From a phage, in sequence record PZ871095.1: a stretch of 44,927 nt of DNA, one strand, 5' to 3'. The notes below the pieces were generated by a model. That model made no database searches, had not been told where the DNA came from, and was given only the letters and a program-made list of their open reading frames with translations. The position numbers and the translations under genes were made by a program. Shown one piece after another: positions 1 through 9,210 of this stretch. The first letter of the stretch is position 1; every line of letters starts with the position of its first letter.

Positions 1-573
1 ATGCACAAAAGGGCTTATATCATGGCAGAAATCAAAGTTAAGGGCCGACGCGCCAAACTGGACGGACGAGTGGCAGTAACCCCGCGCCGTAAACCAGGCG
101 AGCAAACCGAGCATACCAATCTCGGACCTGAAATCGAGTACGGAAAGCGCCGTAAAGGCGGCAAATGTGGACGCCCTACTGACTACCGATCCGTTTACTG
201 CGACCAGCTTCGTCGCTATTTCGCCGACGCCGACGCCTGGCAGGTCAACTACTCCGATAAAGGCGCTGCGCAGGTAATCCCTCGCAACAAAATGCCAACC
301 TTCGGTCGATTTGCCGCGGAAATCGGCGTTGGCGTTGCTTGCCTGTATCGCTGGGCGCGTGCGCATGAGGAGTTTGCCGAGGCGATGGCGGACGCGATGG
401 AGTTGCAGAAAACTTTCCTGATGGAAGCTGGCGGCGTGACCATCGCGGCGGGCTTCGCGACCTTCCTGCTTAAAGCCAACCACGGAGTCCGCGACGATAT
501 CCCACTGGATGACGACGAAGATGATAACGGCGACGTCGTTGTCGAACCTACCGGAAAAGGCCAGGGCGAATAA
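1..573 (+). CDS. putative terminase small subunit
   Basis: 190-aa ORF immediately upstream of the large terminase, overlapping it by 1 nt (TAATG); basic N-terminus, HTH-like segment, acidic C-terminal tail. True start may be the ATG at 22 (MAEIKV). Confidence 0.5.
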   Translation: MHKRAYIMAEIKVKGRRAKLDGRVAVTPRRKPGEQTEHTNLGPEIEYGKRRKGGKCGRPTDYRSVYCDQLRRYFADADAWQVNYSDKGAAQVIPRNKMPTFGRFAAEIGVGVACLYRWARAHEEFAEAMADAMELQKTFLMEAGGVTIAAGFATFLLKANHGVRDDIPLDDDEDDNGDVVVEPTGKGQGE

Positions 574-1958
574 TGCGTAACTATGCGGCAGAACACCGCG
601 CACTGGAGCGCACGATCGCAAAGCGCAACCGACCACCACGCCCGACACGCGTTGCGCAGGCCGTCCGCCTGTACCAGCCTGATTGCCTACCGCACCAGGT
701 CGAACTACTGCGGGACACGAAGACTAAAATCCTCGGCCTGTGTTCCGGATTCGGCGGCGGCAAGTCATGGGTCGCCGCCCGTAAGGTAATCCAGCTTTTA
801 ACCCTGAACCCTGGTTATGACGGCATCGTGACCGAACCGACTATTCCACTCCTGGTTAAAATCATGTATCCGGAACTGGAGAAGGCATTCGACGAGGCTG
901 GCTTCCGGTGGAAGTTCAATAAGCAGGACAAGATCTATAACGTGCTGGTGAAAGGGAAATGGACCCGCGTTATCTGTGAATCAATGGAGAACTATACCCG
1001 CCTGATCGGGGTCAACGCCGCATGGATTGTCGCCGACGAGTTCGACACCACGAAACAAGACGTCGCAATGGCGGCATACCACAAATTGCTCGGTCGTCTG
1101 CGTGCGGGCTTCGTCCGCCAGTTTGTCATCGTGTCCACGCCGGAAGGCTACCGGGCGATGTATCAAATTTTCGAGGTGGAGAAGGGTAGCCAGAAGCGCC
1201 TGATCCGGGCGAAGACCACGGACAACCACCATTTACCGGCAGACTTTATCGACACGCTGCGCAGTCAGTACCCGACTAACCTGATTGATGCGTACCTGAA
1301 CGGCCTGTTTGTTAACCTTACGTCTGGCGCGGTGTACAAGATGTTCAACCGCGAGGAGAACGCCAGCACCGAAGAAGTGCAGCCGGACGACACGCTGATT
1401 ATCGGTATGGACTTTAACGTCACGAAAATGGCGGCGGTTGTGTATGTCAGACGGCAGCGCATCACCGAGAACAAGGAGTTCCGCGACGAGATCCACGCAG
1501 TGGATGAATTTGTGGACCTGTTTGACACCCCGGCTATGATTGAGGCGATCGAGGAGCGCTATCCGGAACATTGTGCCGCCGGTAGGGTCGTCGTTTACCC
1601 GGATAGCAGCGGCAAATCCCGCAAGACGGTCAACGCGTCGTCGTCCGATATCGCACAACTGGAAGACGCGGGCTTCGAGGTGGAATATGACAGCGTTAAC
1701 CCGCCAGTGAAAGACAGACTTATCGCGATGAATACGATGATGTGCAACTCGAAGGGCGTGCGCCAGTATTTTGTCAACCTGGATAAATGCCCTACACTAG
1801 CGAAATGTCTGGAGCAGCAGGTGTACGACCTGAAGAAAGGCGAACCGGATAAAACTGCCGGTGTGGACCACATGAATGACGCGGCGGGCTACCCGATTGC
1901 GCACTTGTTCCCTGTGATTCGTCCGATCGCCGTTGTTCCAACCGTAGACTTCTACTAA
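573..1958 (+). CDS. terminase large subunit
   Basis: 461 aa; Walker A-like GLCSGFGGGKS near the N-terminus; ATG start confirmed; sits directly before the portal gene. Confidence 0.9.
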   Translation: MRNYAAEHRALERTIAKRNRPPRPTRVAQAVRLYQPDCLPHQVELLRDTKTKILGLCSGFGGGKSWVAARKVIQLLTLNPGYDGIVTEPTIPLLVKIMYPELEKAFDEAGFRWKFNKQDKIYNVLVKGKWTRVICESMENYTRLIGVNAAWIVADEFDTTKQDVAMAAYHKLLGRLRAGFVRQFVIVSTPEGYRAMYQIFEVEKGSQKRLIRAKTTDNHHLPADFIDTLRSQYPTNLIDAYLNGLFVNLTSGAVYKMFNREENASTEEVQPDDTLIIGMDFNVTKMAAVVYVRRQRITENKEFRDEIHAVDEFVDLFDTPAMIEAIEERYPEHCAAGRVVVYPDSSGKSRKTVNASSSDIAQLEDAGFEVEYDSVNPPVKDRLIAMNTMMCNSKGVRQYFVNLDKCPTLAKCLEQQVYDLKKGEPDKTAGVDHMNDAAGYPIAHLFPVIRPIAVVPTVDFY

Positions 1959-1969
1959 GGAAACCGACC

Positions 1970-3490
1970 ATGACCGTTAACGTTGACAACCAGCACCCGC
2001 TCTATGCGCGCATCGCGCCAGAGTGGAAAATGATCCGTGACTGCGTAGCGGGGGAGCGCGCCGTGAAGGCGTGCGGCCCCTTGTACCTGCCACACCCAGC
2101 AAGCGGCGACACCTCCGACCCGAAATCTCGGGCACGCTATAAGGCATATAAGCAACGTGCTGTCTTCCTGAACGCCACCGCCCGCACACTGAATGCACTG
2201 TTAGGCGTCGCCTTCGCCAAACCGGTGAGTATGGACCTTTCCGGGGCAATGGCTGACCTGATCGAAGACGTAGACGGCAGCGGGATGCCCCTGGCACAAC
2301 TCCTGCGCGGCGCTATGTCGGAAGTGCTGCAATCAGGCCGTGCCGGGTTTATGGTCGACTACGACCGCCAGGCGCATTTTGACGAACTGGGTAACGTAGT
2401 ACCGCAGACCGCCGCTGAAATGGCAGCACACCGCCCGCTTATCCGCCTGTATACGGCTGAACAGATCATTAACTGGCGGCAGACCCACGGCGTCGACACG
2501 CTGATTGTGCTGAAGGAAACGGACGAAATCAGCACCGAAGACCCGGACGACTTCGCAAACCACGAAGTAACGATCTGGACCGAGCTTCGCATGATTGCAG
2601 GTAAGGCCCACGCCCGCCGCTGGTTTTACAACGCTGACACGTCCGAGGTGCAGATGGACTTGCCGCGAGGCTTCACCCGCACCGACCTTGTACCATTGGT
2701 GGATGCCTCCGGTAATGCGCTAACTCAACTGCCATTTTGCTGGTGTGGCGCGGTGGACAACAACGCGACACCGGACGCCGCACCGCTGGCGGATATTGCG
2801 TCCATCAACATTAAGCACTACAACGCCGAAGCGGACGTCGCCGAGATTGCGCACATCGTGGGGCAACCTACCCTCATTGCGACTGGTCTTACCCAATCAT
2901 GGGCGGACAAGAACCTGAAAGGCGGCATCGCGCTCGGGGCAACTAAGGGCGTTATCCTGGGCCAGAACATGGACGCCAAACTGCTTCAGGCGGAGGAGCG
3001 CAACTTGTCGGTTGCACTGTGTGAGCGCCGTGAATTGCAAATGGCTAAACTGGGCGCGGCCCTGGTCGAGAAGGGGACCGCACCTAAGACGGCAACCGAA
3101 GCGGCCTACGATGCGCAGACTGATAACAGTATCCTGTCACTGATTGCCGGTAACGTTGAGAAGGCTTTCAACCGTGCGCTGCAAATCGTCAAGCTGTTCA
3201 CGGGCGACACCGCAGATCAACGCGTAACGCTGAATAAGTTCTACACCGAAATCACGGTTGACGCACAGCTTATGACCGCAATGATGGCGGGTGTGCAGAC
3301 CGGTACGGTCCGTCTGGCGGACTTTATCAAGTGGATGATGGCCCAGGGCGTTATTGATGACTCGCAAACCGTCGAGCAGGTGGAAGACGAACTGCGAAAT
3401 CAGAATCCATTGCCTCAAATGTCCCCGGATGCGGTAGAATCGACCAAAGAAGCCCCGGACGAGGTAGCGGACAATGGCGAAGACAATTAA
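1970..3490 (+). CDS. portal protein
   Basis: 506 aa between terminase and head morphogenesis gene; acidic C-terminus; AAGGAAA ribosome-binding site before the ATG at 1970. Confidence 0.85.
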   Translation: MTVNVDNQHPLYARIAPEWKMIRDCVAGERAVKACGPLYLPHPASGDTSDPKSRARYKAYKQRAVFLNATARTLNALLGVAFAKPVSMDLSGAMADLIEDVDGSGMPLAQLLRGAMSEVLQSGRAGFMVDYDRQAHFDELGNVVPQTAAEMAAHRPLIRLYTAEQIINWRQTHGVDTLIVLKETDEISTEDPDDFANHEVTIWTELRMIAGKAHARRWFYNADTSEVQMDLPRGFTRTDLVPLVDASGNALTQLPFCWCGAVDNNATPDAAPLADIASINIKHYNAEADVAEIAHIVGQPTLIATGLTQSWADKNLKGGIALGATKGVILGQNMDAKLLQAEERNLSVALCERRELQMAKLGAALVEKGTAPKTATEAAYDAQTDNSILSLIAGNVEKAFNRALQIVKLFTGDTADQRVTLNKFYTEITVDAQLMTAMMAGVQTGTVRLADFIKWMMAQGVIDDSQTVEQVEDELRNQNPLPQMSPDAVESTKEAPDEVADNGEDN

Positions 3491-4577
3491 TCAATATATG
3501 GCGGATCGAATGATTCGCCGTCACATCTTCACCCAGCGCCTGAGTAATGACCAGGCGCGGATGGTGTTGGCTATGTGGGAGAAGTTCCGGCCCACGTTAC
3601 TGGGTAAGCTGACCGAGTTGCTTGATGGTAAAAAGTCCATGAGCAACAAGGCGCTTACCACCCTGTTAACGCAACTCGACAAGACCGTCAAAACGGAACT
3701 GCGCACCGAGTTTAAGGTGCTGGCTGAAAGCCTTCAGGAGTTCGCCGACACCGAGGCCGATTATCTCGCCGACACATTAACGGCAGCGATCCAGCCGGTG
3801 GTCGCCGTACCTGCGGTCGAGGTGGTTGGCGTAGTGACCGGCGCGCAGATCGCAGCAACGGCAATGAAAAACCCGTTCCTGGGCAATACCATGATGCAAT
3901 GGCCCGACTCACTTTCTGAGTGGACCAGGACGCAGATCGGTAATCAGGTGCGGGCGGGATTCATCCAGGGCAAGCCAACGATGGAAATTATCGCGGACGT
4001 GAGGCGCGCGCTAGGCGGTCGTAGTGCGCAAGCCATCTCAAGCGTTGTTAAGTCCGCAGTCAACCACTATGCGGCGACCGCCCGCGAACTAATGGTAAAA
4101 GCAAATGACGATATTCTCGAAGGTCGCCAATGGTTATCTACATTGGACACGCATACTTCTCCCATGTGCCAGCTACGCGATCGCCTGTTTTATCCGGTTG
4201 ATGTTACTCCCGACACCAAAGGAAAGCGCGGCGGGAAAGTGGTGGCTGGGTCACAATATGGCGCTGGTCCGGGCAAGTTGCATTATTGCTGCCGCTCGAC
4301 GGAGACGTGGAAAGTCAAAGGTATGGAAGATTGGCCCAGTGGTAAGCGTCCGGCACTGAAGGCCGACGCGGGCAGATTGCTGAGTGAGCAGGTCGACGCG
4401 CAGACGGATTTCTTCTCATGGGTACAGCGCCAGCCGCGCCATATCCTGGAGGAATTATATGGAGTGCAACGCGCCGACCAGATTATGCGCGGCGTGAAAG
4501 TGCCGAAGATGTTTACCGATTCTGGCGAACTGATGACTATCGCACAGCTTAAAAACCGGGGGTTATGGCGTGATTAA
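3474..4577 (+). CDS. head morphogenesis protein (Mu F / SPP1 gp7-like minor head protein)
   Basis: 367 aa overlapping the portal 3' end; conserved-looking WLSTLDTHTSPMCQ segment typical of this family; position after portal. Confidence 0.7.
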   Translation: MAKTINQYMADRMIRRHIFTQRLSNDQARMVLAMWEKFRPTLLGKLTELLDGKKSMSNKALTTLLTQLDKTVKTELRTEFKVLAESLQEFADTEADYLADTLTAAIQPVVAVPAVEVVGVVTGAQIAATAMKNPFLGNTMMQWPDSLSEWTRTQIGNQVRAGFIQGKPTMEIIADVRRALGGRSAQAISSVVKSAVNHYAATARELMVKANDDILEGRQWLSTLDTHTSPMCQLRDRLFYPVDVTPDTKGKRGGKVVAGSQYGAGPGKLHYCCRSTETWKVKGMEDWPSGKRPALKADAGRLLSEQVDAQTDFFSWVQRQPRHILEELYGVQRADQIMRGVKVPKMFTDSGELMTIAQLKNRGLWRD

Positions 4578-4899
4578 ATACGCAGCGATTGGGCTGGTTA
4601 TCGGTCTGGCGGTAGGATTCTGGCTAGGTGACTCCTATCGCGCTGGCGTAGTGGCGGAGGCGGCGCAAGAAGCGCAAGCCAAAGCCCAACGGCAGCAAAC
4701 TAAAGTAATCGAGCGCTCCGTGCAGGCAGAACAAGCCCGCGACGTGGAATACCGGACTATCACAAAAGAGGTTGTTAAATATGTTACGCGCCCTAACCGC
4801 CCTGATTGTAGTTTTGACGCTGAGCGCGTGCGGATCAAGCAGCGTGCCGTTGATGCCGCTAACGGAGTCGGCACTGCGACCGCCGTGCAAGTTCGATAA
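4570..4899 (+). CDS. Rz-like inner-membrane spanin (i-spanin)
   Basis: GTG start; N-terminal transmembrane segment AAIGLVIGLAVGFWLG followed by a charged coiled-coil-like region rich in A/Q/E/R; a lipoprotein ORF is embedded in the +1 frame. Confidence 0.6.
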   Translation: MIKYAAIGLVIGLAVGFWLGDSYRAGVVAEAAQEAQAKAQRQQTKVIERSVQAEQARDVEYRTITKEVVKYVTRPNRPDCSFDAERVRIKQRAVDAANGVGTATAVQVR

Positions 4900-5011
4900 C
4901 CCGTCTGCGGACCCCGACGAAGATTTGATGATTGACGTGAAAAATATGGAATGCGGGGCGAAGCTAAGGGCGCAGGTGCTCGAGTTGCAGCAAATAATTA
5001 AGGGGCCGTAA
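4781..5011 (+). CDS. Rz1-like outer-membrane lipoprotein spanin (o-spanin)
   Basis: Starts inside the i-spanin gene in another frame; lipoprotein signal MLRALTALIVVLTLSAC with lipobox LSAC; proline-rich mature part with extra Cys; AAAGAGG ribosome-binding site before ATG 4781. Confidence 0.65.
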   Translation: MLRALTALIVVLTLSACGSSSVPLMPLTESALRPPCKFDNPSADPDEDLMIDVKNMECGAKLRAQVLELQQIIKGP

Positions 5012-5025
5012 TGGCCCCTTTTTGT
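5001..5025. terminator. hairpin terminator between convergent genes (GGGGCC-gtaat-GGCCCC + TTTTTG)
   Basis: Perfect 6-bp GC stem followed by a T-run on the plus strand; lies between the plus-strand spanin stop and the minus-strand gene ending at 5025. Confidence 0.6.
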
Positions 5026-5789
5026 TAGCGCGGAATGCCGCAAATCTCGTTGAGTGTTTTCACATCCAGCGCCACTGCCGTGGATTTTGGCTTGTCCGGG
5101 TACGGGATGAATTGCTCGACTTCAGGCCATGCCTTAATCAGCTTCTTGTCAGTATTGTGCAGGTCCAGCACACCGGTAACGGTCAACTTGAATGCGTCAT
5201 ACTTCGCACGCAATTCGCGGCGGGCCTGGTCGTTACGGTCCAGGCGCTTACAGAAGTCATGGTCCGCAGGGTAATCTGCGCGACCGCGAGGGAGATATAT
5301 CGGCAGCGCTTTCCCGTCCTCGTCCACTTCGCACACTGACGCGAGCATAACTGTCTCGAACCCCGGAACGATATCGCCGAGATCAGGCGCGAGCTTATTC
5401 ATATATTTCTCTTCCCAGTATCCGCGATGTACGCGGTATCGGCGACCGTCACCGCTCAAGGACAAGGTGCGAACATTTCCGCCTGCGTTGATTTCGAAAG
5501 TGGCGTCGTAAACGCTGCCGATACCTTTCGGGCGGTCGGTGTTATAACTATATGTCGCCTTGTTGGTGTATACACAGACGCCGTACATCTGCGACTGGTC
5601 GTCGCGAATTGCCTTGATATGCTCGCGGAGCGCTGCGAACGTGCGAATGCCTTCCGGCATACAGTCCAGCGTTATTGCGTACGCCAGATCGCGTGAGTCC
5701 ATCATGATTTGTTTGGCTTCGGTTGCGATTTCGTGGTCGCGCAGGATGTTAGATAGGATCTGATTTTTAATGTCTTTTGTCAGTCTCAT
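5025..5789 (-). CDS. hypothetical protein (minus-strand gene inside the head module)
   Basis: 254-aa ORF with ATG start and GAGGA ribosome-binding site; opposite strand to the flanking structural genes; no motif recognised. Confidence 0.7.
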   Translation of the reverse strand: MRLTKDIKNQILSNILRDHEIATEAKQIMMDSRDLAYAITLDCMPEGIRTFAALREHIKAIRDDQSQMYGVCVYTNKATYSYNTDRPKGIGSVYDATFEINAGGNVRTLSLSGDGRRYRVHRGYWEEKYMNKLAPDLGDIVPGFETVMLASVCEVDEDGKALPIYLPRGRADYPADHDFCKRLDRNDQARRELRAKYDAFKLTVTGVLDLHNTDKKLIKAWPEVEQFIPYPDKPKSTAVALDVKTLNEICGIPR

Positions 5790-5828
5790 TTTTGTGTCCT
5801 CATTATTGGGGCTTTCGCCCCGATTGGT

Positions 5829-6143
5829 TTAGTTAAATTTGATGTTGCCGCCGGTTGAGGTTAAGCGAGCACATACAGATTCAACGGCATCGACGCACAT
5901 GAAATCGTTAAAGGCTTCGACCAGGGCGTTTATGAATGATGCCGGAACCAGGCCGCAAGCCGGATTATCGAATATCGCGGAGTTGATCGCCGCTTTTGCC
6001 GCTTCGGAAGCATTCATGCTCTGGCACAGATTCAGCGCTTCCGCGTTACGCATTGCGTGAAAGGTAAAGGTATTCGCTACGGTAGCTTTATTGAAACGGG
6101 CCATTGCGGCGTCTACTGGAGTTGCTACGGTCATGTTAGTCAT
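5829..6143 (-). CDS. hypothetical small Cys-containing protein (minus-strand gene)
   Basis: 104 aa from ATG (MTNMTVATP) with AAGGAAA ribosome-binding site; four Cys; co-oriented with 5025..5789. Confidence 0.6.
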   Translation of the reverse strand: MTNMTVATPVDAAMARFNKATVANTFTFHAMRNAEALNLCQSMNASEAAKAAINSAIFDNPACGLVPASFINALVEAFNDFMCVDAVESVCARLTSTGGNIKFN

Positions 6144-6178
6144 TTTGTTTTCCTTCATATCTCTGTTGGTGTGCAACC

Positions 6179-6208
6179 AATATAATGCAACCAACATACG
6201 CAATGCAA
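6179..6208 (-). promoter_or_regulatory. putative sigma70-type promoter for the minus-strand gene pair (TTGCAT-N18-TATATT)
   Basis: Minus-strand reading cgcTTGCATtgcgtatgTTGGTTGCATTATATTGGTTGCAC; contains two copies of the recurring TTGGTTGCA motif; about 30 nt upstream of the ATG at 6143. Confidence 0.4.
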
Positions 6209-6298
6209 GCGAATTTTGCGATTATTTTTATCGCTGATAATATTAGAAGCGTGAAGTCGAGCGGGTGGCCTGCTCTGCCACAATCCCAGGGGGATAGC

Positions 6299-7000
6299 AT
6301 GAAACTTACTAAAGCAGAATATGACGCGTTGCCGGAAGGTATGAAGGCGCTTTTTGTTGCCGATGGCGACGGGTATAAATCAACTTTCATGACCGCAGAA
6401 GAAGTACAGGCGGAAATCAAGGGTCTGAAAGACAACAACGCGAAGCTGGTGAGCGAGAAGAAAGCAGAAGCTGAACGCCGCGCCGAAGCTGAGCGCCTTG
6501 CGAAAGAGAAAGAGGAAGCCGCCGCGCGCAAAAATGGCGACCTCGAAGCGATCGACAAGTCCTGGAAAGATAAGTTTGCGAAACACGAAGCAGACACAGC
6601 GGGAAAAATCGAAGCCTACCGCAAGCAGATCCACGATCTAACCATCGGCAGCGCTGCCAAAGACCTGGCATCGAAGCTATTCGGTAAGAATGCCGGCATC
6701 ATGCAACGCCACGTAATGGACCGTCTGACGCTGGAAGACGGCGAAGACGGCAGCTTGAAAGTGCGTGTCTTGCAGGATGGCAAACCGTCCGCGCTGACTA
6801 TGGAAGAGTTAGAAAAAGAGTTCCGTAATAACGCCGATTTTGCATCCGTCCTGGCTGGCACGCCAGCCGGTGGCGCGCCTAGCAAACCGACGCAGGTTGT
6901 CGAAGATGTGAAGTCTAAAATTACGATGGGCCATAGCTTCGGTATCACCGATCTCACCAAACAGGCCGGTGAAATCATCGCTAAAATGGGTGACGAGTAA
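6299..7000 (+). CDS. putative scaffolding protein
   Basis: 233 aa immediately upstream of the major capsid gene; long charged K/E/A-rich helical-looking stretch; ATG 6299 with AGGGGGA ribosome-binding site. Confidence 0.65.
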   Translation: MKLTKAEYDALPEGMKALFVADGDGYKSTFMTAEEVQAEIKGLKDNNAKLVSEKKAEAERRAEAERLAKEKEEAAARKNGDLEAIDKSWKDKFAKHEADTAGKIEAYRKQIHDLTIGSAAKDLASKLFGKNAGIMQRHVMDRLTLEDGEDGSLKVRVLQDGKPSALTMEELEKEFRNNADFASVLAGTPAGGAPSKPTQVVEDVKSKITMGHSFGITDLTKQAGEIIAKMGDE

Positions 7001-7097
7001 GCAGATTGCCCGCGAAAGCGGGCAATTTTGCGAGCGCGTAAAACTAAGGTAACATTAATGCCACTGGGCGAATGCTCACAACTCAAAGGATTTCGAT

Positions 7098-8198
7098 ATG
7101 TCTTTAACAGTGTTCCAGCGTAAACTCGTTACCGCGGTTACGCAAATGATCCCCGACAACCTGAACGTATTCAACGCTGCCGCCAATGGCGCTGTTGTTC
7201 TCGGTACTGGTGAAGTGCTGAAGGATGTTATTGAGAAAATGTCCGTAGGCTTGATCGCCAACCTCGTTACCGACCGTAACGCCTACGCCCCTGTCGGCAC
7301 TCCGGCAACCGCGAAAGTGCTGGCGCGTATGCTGACCAACTCGGTTAACCTTTCCGCAAAAGTGGGTCCGGTAGCAATTACGAAGGCCATGATGGCTAAA
7401 ATCGAAACCAACGTTAACAGCGTTGCGGCTGAGATTGCGGCGCAGGCTACTCAAGCGATTATGCTGCACTACCTGAAAGCGGGTATCGGCGCAAGTAAAG
7501 CGGCGATCGAAAGCAACGCAGCGGCAAAATACACCCAACCGGCGCGCGTTGACGGCGTTGGCGGTCGTACCTTCCCGACCCTGGCAGACTTCCCGCTGGC
7601 GGCTTCTAAGTTCGGCGATCAGGCGTCTTTGATTAAGTCCTGGTTTATGGACGGCGTTACCTGGGCAAACTTCATTGCGTACCAGGCACTCCCTTCCGCT
7701 GAACAGGTATTCGCAATTGGCGATCTCCAGGTAATGGGCGATGGCCTGGGCCGTCGCTTCATTATCTCCGATGCCGCTGCCGATGCTATGGGTGCGGGCA
7801 ACATGCTGGGTCTGGTCCCTGGCGCGGTTGCAGTTACCACCAACGGCCTCGATATGCTGGCGCAGGAAAAAGGCGGTAACGAGAACATCGAGCGCTGGTG
7901 GCAGGGCGAGTTTGACTTCAACGTGGCTGTTAAAGGCTACCGTCTGAAGGCGTCCGCTCGTACCCCGATCGAAGGCGTTCGCTCGTTCAAACTGTCCGAC
8001 ATCACCACTTCCGCTAACTGGGAACTGGATCAGGGCCAGGTAGACAACGCACCGGCAACCGTTCAGGATGTTGGCGCTGTGGGTGATGGCGATACTAAAG
8101 GCCGTCGTAAGACCCAGGCAGCACAGGCAGTGCCGACCCGTCACATCAAGGAAACCGCAGGCGTACTGGTTAAGCTGACGGCGACTACCGCGTCTTAA
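7098..8198 (+). CDS. major capsid protein
   Basis: 366 aa after the scaffold; A/G/V-rich capsid-like composition; followed by a strong terminator; AAGGA ribosome-binding site. Confidence 0.85.
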   Translation: MSLTVFQRKLVTAVTQMIPDNLNVFNAAANGAVVLGTGEVLKDVIEKMSVGLIANLVTDRNAYAPVGTPATAKVLARMLTNSVNLSAKVGPVAITKAMMAKIETNVNSVAAEIAAQATQAIMLHYLKAGIGASKAAIESNAAAKYTQPARVDGVGGRTFPTLADFPLAASKFGDQASLIKSWFMDGVTWANFIAYQALPSAEQVFAIGDLQVMGDGLGRRFIISDAAADAMGAGNMLGLVPGAVAVTTNGLDMLAQEKGGNENIERWWQGEFDFNVAVKGYRLKASARTPIEGVRSFKLSDITTSANWELDQGQVDNAPATVQDVGAVGDGDTKGRRKTQAAQAVPTRHIKETAGVLVKLTATTAS

Positions 8199-8216
8199 CG
8201 GGCGCACATCCCAAAT

Positions 8217-8242
8217 GGGCGGGCTTATGCCCGCCTTTTTTA
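8217..8242 (+). terminator. rho-independent terminator (GGGCGGGC-ttat-GCCCGCC + TTTTTT)
   Basis: GC-rich stem-loop and T6 run immediately after the capsid gene stop. Confidence 0.7.
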
Positions 8243-8256
8243 TAGGAGTGAATCTA

Positions 8257-8757
8257 ATGTATGGCGACCCGCAAACCTTTGTCGATTATGCCGCTGCGCG
8301 AGGCGTTGAAGTCACGTTGGGCGATGCAACGCGACACCTTACCATCGTTAATGACTTCCTTAACGGCATCACCTGGATCGGCGAACAGGCGGACCAGACA
8401 GGAATAGACGCATGGCCCCGCATCAATTACCCATCGGACGGGAAGCCGGTGCGCGACACGCTAACCGAAATCGTGGCGGTAGTGCCTGTCGGGCAGATCG
8501 TAGATTTTGCATCAATCCCCATTGCCGTCGAGCAAGCAGCTTACAGGTTGGCGATGTTGGTGGCGGACGAGGTCGATATTTCTCCTGTTGGCAGTGGTAA
8601 GGAGACTATCCGCGAAACTGTCGGCCCGATCACGATGGAATATGACCCTGCGACGATTGGTAGCGGTGTCTCGTTCCCGTGGTGGGATGGCTTGCTGGGC
8701 CACTGGATTGACACAGACGGCAACGCAGCGGGTAATTTTGACGTATTCCGGGGGTGA
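8257..8757 (+). CDS. putative head-tail connector / head completion protein
   Basis: 166 aa from ATG 8257 with TAGGAG ribosome-binding site; first gene after the capsid terminator; function assigned by position and size. Confidence 0.5.
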   Translation: MYGDPQTFVDYAAARGVEVTLGDATRHLTIVNDFLNGITWIGEQADQTGIDAWPRINYPSDGKPVRDTLTEIVAVVPVGQIVDFASIPIAVEQAAYRLAMLVADEVDISPVGSGKETIRETVGPITMEYDPATIGSGVSFPWWDGLLGHWIDTDGNAAGNFDVFRG

Positions 8758-8855
8758 TATGAATCCTGCATTACTGGCGGCTATTTTAGCCGCAAATACT
8801 AAACGTCAACCGGAACCTGAACCAGAACCGGAACCACCGGTACAGGAGGATGAAA

Positions 8856-9209
8856 ATGGCGGGCTTTAATTACGCGGGCTTAAAGCGGAAAGTCAATCCG
8901 CTGATTAAAAAGTACGGCATGACGGCTACGGTGACGCGTCCTGGTACAGTCGACCGCGTAGACGGCGACGAAGTGGTCATCCCTCCGACCTCGTTTGACG
9001 TCATCGGACTTCGTGAGGAGTACAAGCCAAGCGAGATCGACGGGACGCGTATAGTTGCCGGAGATGTGAAGTTTTTGTGTCAGGCAGTAAAGCCGGTGCA
9101 GGTCGGGGATTTGATTAGCCTGAACGGCACGGACTACCGGGTCGTCAACCCTAACCCACTGCAACCGGCTGGCACTACCATGCTGTTTCAACTACAGCTA
9201 AGGGGCTAA
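8856..9209 (+). CDS. putative head-tail joining protein
   Basis: 117 aa; AGGAGG ribosome-binding site; position within the head-tail joining gene set. Confidence 0.5.
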   Translation: MAGFNYAGLKRKVNPLIKKYGMTATVTRPGTVDRVDGDEVVIPPTSFDVIGLREEYKPSEIDGTRIVAGDVKFLCQAVKPVQVGDLISLNGTDYRVVNPNPLQPAGTTMLFQLQLRG

Positions 9210-9210
9210 C

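Noticed and set aside
6185-6298. Upstream extension of the scaffold ORF (start at 6185)
   Set aside because: The extension overlaps the divergent promoter region and lacks a ribosome-binding site; the ATG at 6299 has a strong AGGGGGA site and gives a typical scaffold N-terminus.
7104-8207. 367-aa minus-strand ORF spanning the whole major capsid gene
   Set aside because: It is exactly antisense to a well-supported capsid gene and has an Arg/Cys/His-rich, low-complexity translation typical of antisense frames in GC-rich coding DNA; no ribosome-binding site.
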